Shown here: positions 59,872 through 64,000 of the stretch, one piece after another
Numbering within the stretch: position 1 is the stretch's first letter
Layout: each line of letters opens with the position of its first letter
Origin: Zootoca vivipara
Lineage: Eukaryota
Length of the DNA: 64,000 nucleotides
Direction: 5' to 3'
Assembly: GCF_963506605.1 (NCBI RefSeq)
Contig: NC_083290.1
Location: 30,194,001 to 30,258,000 of the forward strand
Made by a program: the position numbers and the translations under genes
The notes under the pieces: generated by a model
The model's database searches: none
Told to the model about the DNA's origin: nothing
The model's input: only the letters and a program-made list of their open reading frames with translations

Positions 59872-60332
59872 CTGTAACAGAGAGACCTGGTCAGAAACTG
59901 CTGCCAAGTGGTCACAGGTTAGGAGATCGGCATGAGAAAAACACGGCCTGCTTTACTCACCCTAGGAGTCAACAAGGGCATGGCTCAGGCTTCGCAGTGA
60001 AGCAGTGCTGAGCCTCTTTGGGTCTTGCATAGGATTCAGTGGGAACAGAGGTGTACCTAGGCTCCCTAGCACCCTTGGCAATGAGCTGCATCAGTGCCCT
60101 CCCTCCCTTGTGCAAAGAGCTGGGTGCTCCAGTCACACTTCACATAGTGGCTGGCTAGGGAGGGGGCCCCACATGGCTGCTGCAATGGCCCATGCCAACA
60201 ACCAGATTCCTCTGTTGAGGTGCCCAGAGCCTGTGCACCTTGGCTAGCCACAGAGAGCAGTGAAGGAGCAGCCCAGGAAGCATACAGGTGGGCGAAGCCA
60301 GAGTGGAGCAGCACAATTTTTGCACCTCCTTG

Positions 60333-60929
60333 TGTGGGATGGAACACTGGGGCAGACAAGTCACAACAGTTCCTAGAGTGTCCACTAACAGGAACTCACC
60401 TGGAGGGACACCTGACTACAGGTCAGTTCCTGTTCCCTCAGACATGCAAATGAGTTGGATTAGATAAGCCCCTAGCCTGCAATCACTCTCTCTCTTAGCT
60501 ACTTCCTCCCTCGATGAGGACACATCTCCAGAGAATCTCCAGTTAGCATGGTTCTCACTCTAGGCCTGCAGCCAAGAGTGAGACCAAATGGAGTCTTACT
60601 TTACTAAGTAGTCTCTAGATATATATGTACTTGTAACTTTTCTAAGCAAGCCTGCCTTTCTGAGATTATGCTGTAACTCAGGATGAAACTGTAAGTAAAC
60701 TCTATCTTATTTTATAAACACTGTGTTGTGTATTTCTTTTAAGAGGGACAAAGGGGACTTTTGCCAGGAAGTGTAATATTGTTATAGAGATTCTAGCGAA
60801 TCTAACGCACATGCTTTGCTGCGCACAAAAGGGGAATGTCACTCTGCTAATATTGGAAGCTTGCTAACACAAGCTTGGATAGGATCTATCTAATAATATA
60901 TCCTAATCCACATCCCTAACATTCCCATA
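60333..60929 (+). mobile_element. Copia-type solo LTR, diverged relative of the full-length element's LTR
   Basis: TGTGGGATG...CATTCCCATA, 597 bp, TSD CCTTG; shares ACATGCAAATGAGTTG, TGTAAGTAAAC and AAAAGGGGAATGT blocks with 4780-5372. Confidence 0.92.
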
Positions 60930-61040
60930 CCTTGGACCTGCATCCTTGGCGGAGACCAACCTGGCCAACCCTTGCGTAGGTACGCTCATCACTCCTCCTT
61001 CTGACTTTATCAGGCAAAATTGGCCAGTTTGGGTCTCTTC

Positions 61041-61910
61041 TGTGGGATGGACCACTGAAGCAGTAAAATACATTTCCTGTTTCCTAGAGCGGACACATAG
61101 GGGAATGTTGCTGCAGACAGGGAGGACTTCCTATCATACCTGCTCTGGAGGCTCCTCCCCCTGTGTGTGACTAGGTAGATGGACATGACCCTAGCAGACC
61201 CTACAAAAGGGCTAGCGCAGGGTCCCCAAACTAAGGCCCGGGGGCTGGATCCGGCCCAATCGCCTTCTAAATCCAGCCCGCGGACGGTCCGGGAACCAGC
61301 ATGTTTTTGCATGACTAGAATGTGTCCTTTTATTTAAAATGCATCTCTGGGTTATTTGTGGGGCATAGGAATTTGTTCATGATTTCCCCCCAAAATATAG
61401 CCCCCCCCCAGGTCTGAGCGACAGTGGACCGGCCCCTGCTGAAAAAGTTTGCTGACCCCTGGGCTAGCCACTTAGCCATCTTCCTCTCTCTTTTGGTCTT
61501 TTTTTTGGCATTTTCTTCTCTTCTGGCTCTTAGCCAGCAGCACATGGCTCATCCTTAAAGAGGATGGAATCCACAAGGTAGAAAGTCTGAGGCCTAGCTC
61601 AGACTTCTTTTCTCTACAAATGTAACTGTAACCACAAGATAAAGCTTGTCTTCACAAAACTATTGTGAACTGAATGTAAGTAAACTTTACTCTTACTTTA
61701 AAATGAGATTGTTGTGTTATTATTTTAAAGAGGGAAATAAAAGGGGAAATTTACAGTACCAGGAACACTCCAGACTGGACAAGCCAGACTGGATTGCTCA
61801 ACTTAAATGATTCTAATGAATCCATGCTCTGCTGCTAGCTCACTAGCGTGAGTGAGGAGGGATAATATTCAATCAGTATATCCTCTCCTACTTTCCTCAA
61901 CATTCCCACA
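61041..61910 (+). mobile_element. Copia-type solo LTR (family B) with a nested hAT MITE
   Basis: TGTGGGATG...CATTCCCACA, TSD TCTTC; homologous to 19177-19820. Confidence 0.9.
61218..61461. mobile_element. hAT MITE, OposCharlie1-like ends
   Basis: CAGGGTCCCCAAACT...AGTTTGCTGACCCCTG with GGCCC-rich subtermini; TSD GGCTAGCG/GGCTAGCC. Confidence 0.85.
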
Positions 61911-62686
61911 TCTTCAAGCCATGTGGATTCCGGAGGGCCCCCCCCAACCTCCCTTTCTCAACACATCTATGCTGGGTACCCTGCCAGCCCCTACCAGGGG
62001 CATCTCCTCCCACCAAATCAGCCTTCAAGAAATCACACCTCAGTTCCATTCGGTGCAAGGCAAATGCATTAAAGTCACTGAACTCACAACAGCAGCTTTG
62101 GGCTTATCCACACTTATCTTTCCTTCCACAGTCCTTACTTTAAAGCTCTGTGTTCGAGCATGGGAGGGGTTGGGGTTTTTTTTGCCCTGGAGCATTCCCT
62201 GTGAAAACCTGCTCTTTAAAGCTGAATTGGCACAAATCTATAGAAGACCCGAATCGACATTTGCTCCAAATGAGCTCCAGAAAGCAAGGTTTCACAAGGA
62301 AAGCTCTGGGGCAAAAAAGGAGAAAAAAGCCACTCAGACACAGAGCTTTAAAGCATGGATCTGTGTCTGGATAGAGCAGGGCAAAAGGTAAGTATGGATT
62401 AACCCTCTTGTCATATTAACAGCAAGGGAGAGAGTCCAATGCAGATGGATCCAGGGGTTTTGGGGAGGGCGCTGAGCAAACTTGTCATTTGTTGGGCCTT
62501 CTCTTCCATCTAGTGGCAGGCAGCTGTGCTCCAGTGAGTGTCAAGCAGCTGGATCTGGCCACCACAGTCATTTCGGACAGGGCCCTGGCATGACGCTGTG
62601 TTAGGGGTGTTGTAGGAAATCTAAACTGCCCCTTCCTCATAGCAGAAAAGCAGCAGTGCCCCCCCCACCTGCTGAGCCTCACTCAC

Positions 62687-62791
62687 CTTTCTGAATCTGT
62701 CCAGCGGAGTTCCCCACCCTGCAGAGTCACCTGTCTGAGGAGCTGCCCCTGCTGCATATCACCGGCTGCCACAGGACTAAAGGTGGGGACA
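62687..62791 (-). CDS. TMPRSS4: TMPRSS4 SRCR-domain exon (more 5' exons lie outside the window)
   Basis: ctttgcag|..VPTFSPVAAG...VTLQGGELRWTDSE..|gtgagt; 105 nt; resembles mammalian KPTFRAVE...QELRM. Confidence 0.8.
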
Positions 62792-64000
62792 CTGCAAAAG
62801 AGGGAAGGAGCTTGGCAACAGGGACATCTGAATGCAGGTATACAACTCCATGCCAAAGTGGAAGCATTTTTTTCATGGGCAAAACAGACGCCAAGGGCAC
62901 ATTGGAGTCTAATGTGCTGACCCACACTTTGGGGGGCTGCAGTCATGTGACTAAAGCATCGTGCATTTCTAGGAAGGAAGGGTCATAAGGTTCTGCTGCT
63001 CTGTCAGAAATCTTTTCCTCCCAAGATACCAAGGAGGATCCTGTGAGCCCAGTGGAGAGGAACCATCCTCATCTCTTGGTTGGCCTGGCCTGGGACATTG
63101 ACTTGAAAGAGGATCCTTGAGTCAGGATACTCCTACTGGTGTGAGAAATGCACTTTGCATGCGCTCAGAAGCACTTCATCTTCTCCAGGGCTGAAAGAAG
63201 TCCTTCAAAAGTGTCAGGTGCATGACCTGACGACACTCTGCTATTGCAAACAGCTCTAACCTGAGACCTCACTTGATCCCTGTCCATATTTCCCAGCTTA
63301 GCAAGGTCAATCCTTATTTAATTATTTCCCCAGTTCCTGTTGAATCATTGTCTCTATTTTGCCATTTTGGGGGAGCTGCTAGGGTGCCTCTTGACAGGCC
63401 TTTATTAACCCCCTAGGACCACTTAAGCAGAGAGCAGCAGCTGCCCCTTGATTCAAGCTGGACCAGGCCTGCGTAAAGGCACCTGATGGGCATCCAGTGC
63501 CTGCCAGATCCCCACCACCACCTGGCCAGCAGGTACCCTTGCACAGCACAGGCTGTCTGCACTGTCAGCTGGGTGCACTTGAGTTGTGCAATGATTCTCT
63601 AAGTTGTGGGTAGCCAAGCTGGTGAAGAACTGTCTGTCAACCATGCTGGCTGTGGCAGCCAGAAGCAGTTGGAGTGGCACTTGCTGTAATCCCAAACTTG
63701 GGTCTCCAGCTGTCTTGGACTGCAACTCCCACCATCCCTAGTTAGCTGGAACAGTGGTCAGGAATGATGGGAACTGTCAACCAAAAACAGCAGGAGAGCC
63801 AAGTCTGGCAAACCCTGTAATCCCTCCTGGGAGTCTCAGCAGGGGATCCTCTCAGCACTTGGAGCCCTTTGCGCAGGAAGGCTGCAGTGCGGAGAGGTGA
63901 TGCCACCGGGATATCCGTGCACGCTTATTTCAAGCCAAGTGGCCTTCCAGGCTGTGGCGGTGCAGGCTCCCTCTGCTTTGGCACGGGGGTCCCAGAAGCT

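Noticed and set aside
60333-61910. Possible TRIM or single small LTR element formed by the two adjacent LTRs
   Set aside because: The LTRs belong to different subfamilies, each has its own TSD (CCTTG, TCTTC), and no PBS or PPT lies between them.
63453-63725. Possible further TMPRSS4 exon
   Set aside because: The translation does not resemble the SRCR or LDLa domain and part overlaps a hAT-type MITE; upstream exons are probably beyond 64000.

Overview
Vertebrate genomic DNA from a squamate reptile, most likely a lizard (Sauria SINEs and squamate-type tRNA SINEs are present). It carries the conserved SCN2B(+) -> SCN4B(+) <- TMPRSS4(-) block. SCN2B is complete (4 coding exons, 215 aa) and SCN4B is complete (5 coding exons, 226 aa). 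The 3' part of TMPRSS4 is on the minus strand (8 exons, including the whole protease domain); its 5' exons lie beyond the window end. The window is dense in mobile elements: a full-length Ty1/copia element with apparently identical 593-bp LTRs about 600 bp upstream of the SCN2B ATG, three copia-type solo LTRs plus a relic, a 4.9-kb L1-clade LINE whose ORF2 has a single frameshift, two further L1 fragments, three Sauria SINEs, and many hAT and Tc1/mariner MITEs, including five copies of a 90-bp hAT MITE. I see no evidence of a wholly new gene system. The best leads are regulatory or structural: the copia insertion separates SCN2B from an RE1/NRSE-like site; the copia PBS is non-canonical; a ~550-bp non-coding block is duplicated on either side of SCN4B exon 1; a CTCF-motif-bearing repeat brackets the SCN2B/SCN4B pair; there is a perfect 42-bp palindrome; and the beta4 open-channel-blocker region is shortened. 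All alignments were done by eye, and comparisons to mammalian proteins are from memory.
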